Positions 62,793 to 64,000 of a DNA stretch of 64,000 bases are shown piece by piece. This stretch comes from Bispira polyomma (lineage: Eukaryota), in assembly GCA_965649765.1 (NCBI GenBank), contig OZ287756.1, positions 41,850,001-41,914,000 on the forward strand, read 5' to 3'. The notes under the pieces are model-generated. The model was not told the origin of the DNA. It worked only from the letters and a program-made list of their open reading frames with translations, and searched no databases. Position 1 is the first letter of the stretch. Each line of letters opens with the position of its first letter. A program made the translations under genes and the position numbers.

Positions 62793-64000
62793 CAGTTCCC
62801 AAGTGAGAGTGAAATGACCTTGAAGTAAATTCAATGTGAGAAGTATTATTTGTTTGAAAAAAGTTTTATTCTGTACATATTAGTTCTATATACACATTGA
62901 TAAAAAGAGTAGTTTAAAATTTAACTTGAGTAAAATTTTAAAATAAACCCATAACATGACTAGCATGGAAGGAAACACTGTGAGTGGGACTATCCCAAGA
63001 CACAGAAATGCATAATAATAAATCCCTGTATAAGCCTGGGAATAAAGAGAGTGGCCATACCACCGCAACAGTAGAAATAGATACAATAACTGGAGGTAAT
63101 AAAAGGGGAGCAAGGTGGGAATATTTAAAATTGTCTTAATGTTGACCGCTGAATGACTTAAATCAATATGGTGGAATTCAGCAGGGAGTGCAGAAAGGTA
63201 AAAGAGAGAGGCCCCTTAATTGGCCACTACAATAGGAGTGAGAGAAGAAAGGACAAGATACCTAAATTAGTTAAGGCAGTGTAAAAATAAGAGAGGTTGG
63301 TTGGGAACTGAACTATCAGACCCCTATTGGTTGTGATATGCACAGTTACCAAGTGAGAGTGAAATGATCTTGAAGTATATTCAATGTGAGAGATATTATT
63401 TGGAGAAAGTTTTACTCTGTACATGTTAGTTCTACATACACGTTGATGAAAAGAGAAGTTTAAAATTTAACTTGATTAAAATTTTAAAATAAACCCAAAC
63501 CCAAACTAAAGGGGGAATAATGGAGGCAAAGGTGACTGGGACTACAGCCGCTCGGGATAAAGAGTGCTGAAGATAAGCCCATATGGCTGAGCTGTGCCAG
63601 AGCCCATGGGACATTATGTGCTGTAGTGAGACATTGTTATCGAAAGCGAGGGATGCCCCCAACCTAAGGAAAGTGTGGAAACCATGGTAACTATGGTTCA
63701 CCCCTAAGTACACAGTCTTTAGTGTAGATCTAATATGAGAGTCAATAACTGGTAGGTGAGGTGAGGAGGATGCTACAAAAAGAGGAGCAGAAGGAGATAG
63801 ATCTCTAGAATGGAGGAGCTGCGTAAGTGCAGATACTGGACAAAGTAATTTGTTATTTAAGAACAGGAAGTTGAACCACATGTGTGTTGGTTCTATTCTG
63901 CATGCTTTTTGGCTCATTCAAGGATAAGGTGAGGATAAGGTTATGTCCTGTCTTAAGAGATGTCTAGTGAGATCAAATTTGATTCTAGAGTAAGGGACAA
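62793..64000 (-). mobile_element. Ngaro-type element E3, 3' part (YR relic-B1-A2-spacer-B2); continues past the right edge
   Basis: B1 63343-63497 is a diverged match to B2 62793-62951. A2 lies at ~63200-63342, with junction GTAACTG|TGCATATC. Confidence 0.88.
63505..64000 (-). pseudogene. E3 tyrosine recombinase remnant
   Basis: LCPVSAL, HGFHTFLR (HxxR Arg lost), HGLW, IWAY; frameshifted. Confidence 0.88.

Noticed and set aside
1912-63424. Numerous 60-110 aa ORFs in the track
   Set aside because: Antisense or alternate-frame shadows of TE ORFs, or low-complexity AT-rich frames without motifs.

Overview
AT-rich eukaryotic DNA, probably from a marine invertebrate (inferred from the SINE and transposon types), made almost entirely of transposable elements. 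The dominant structure is a giant inverted duplication: 1-30122 mirrors 30618-54494 around a 495-bp unique spacer, and it probably continues past the left edge. The arms are near-identical, but each carries its own indels. These include a 6.7-kb Ngaro-type tyrosine-recombinase (YR) retrotransposon (E1, 1396-8139, - strand) found only in the left arm, whose empty site is visible at 53091/53092. Each arm also holds two further Ngaro relics, an L1/Tx1 LINE interrupted by a Ginger transposon, an RTE-group LINE, SINEs, MITEs and exons of a probable host gene for a small Cys-rich protein with a Thr-rich tail. The unique right end holds two more Ngaro relics, L2/CR1 fragments and MITEs. Comparing the five Ngaro elements (E1-E5) gives the most novel signals: phase-matched splice sites that would remove RT/RNase H and fuse gag to YR, a ~170-220-nt structured element shared by two loci, and a covarying 5' hairpin next to a conserved ACTG|TG end junction. 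All alignments and folds were done by eye. Whether the palindrome is real or a join of two haplotypes cannot be decided from this sequence alone.
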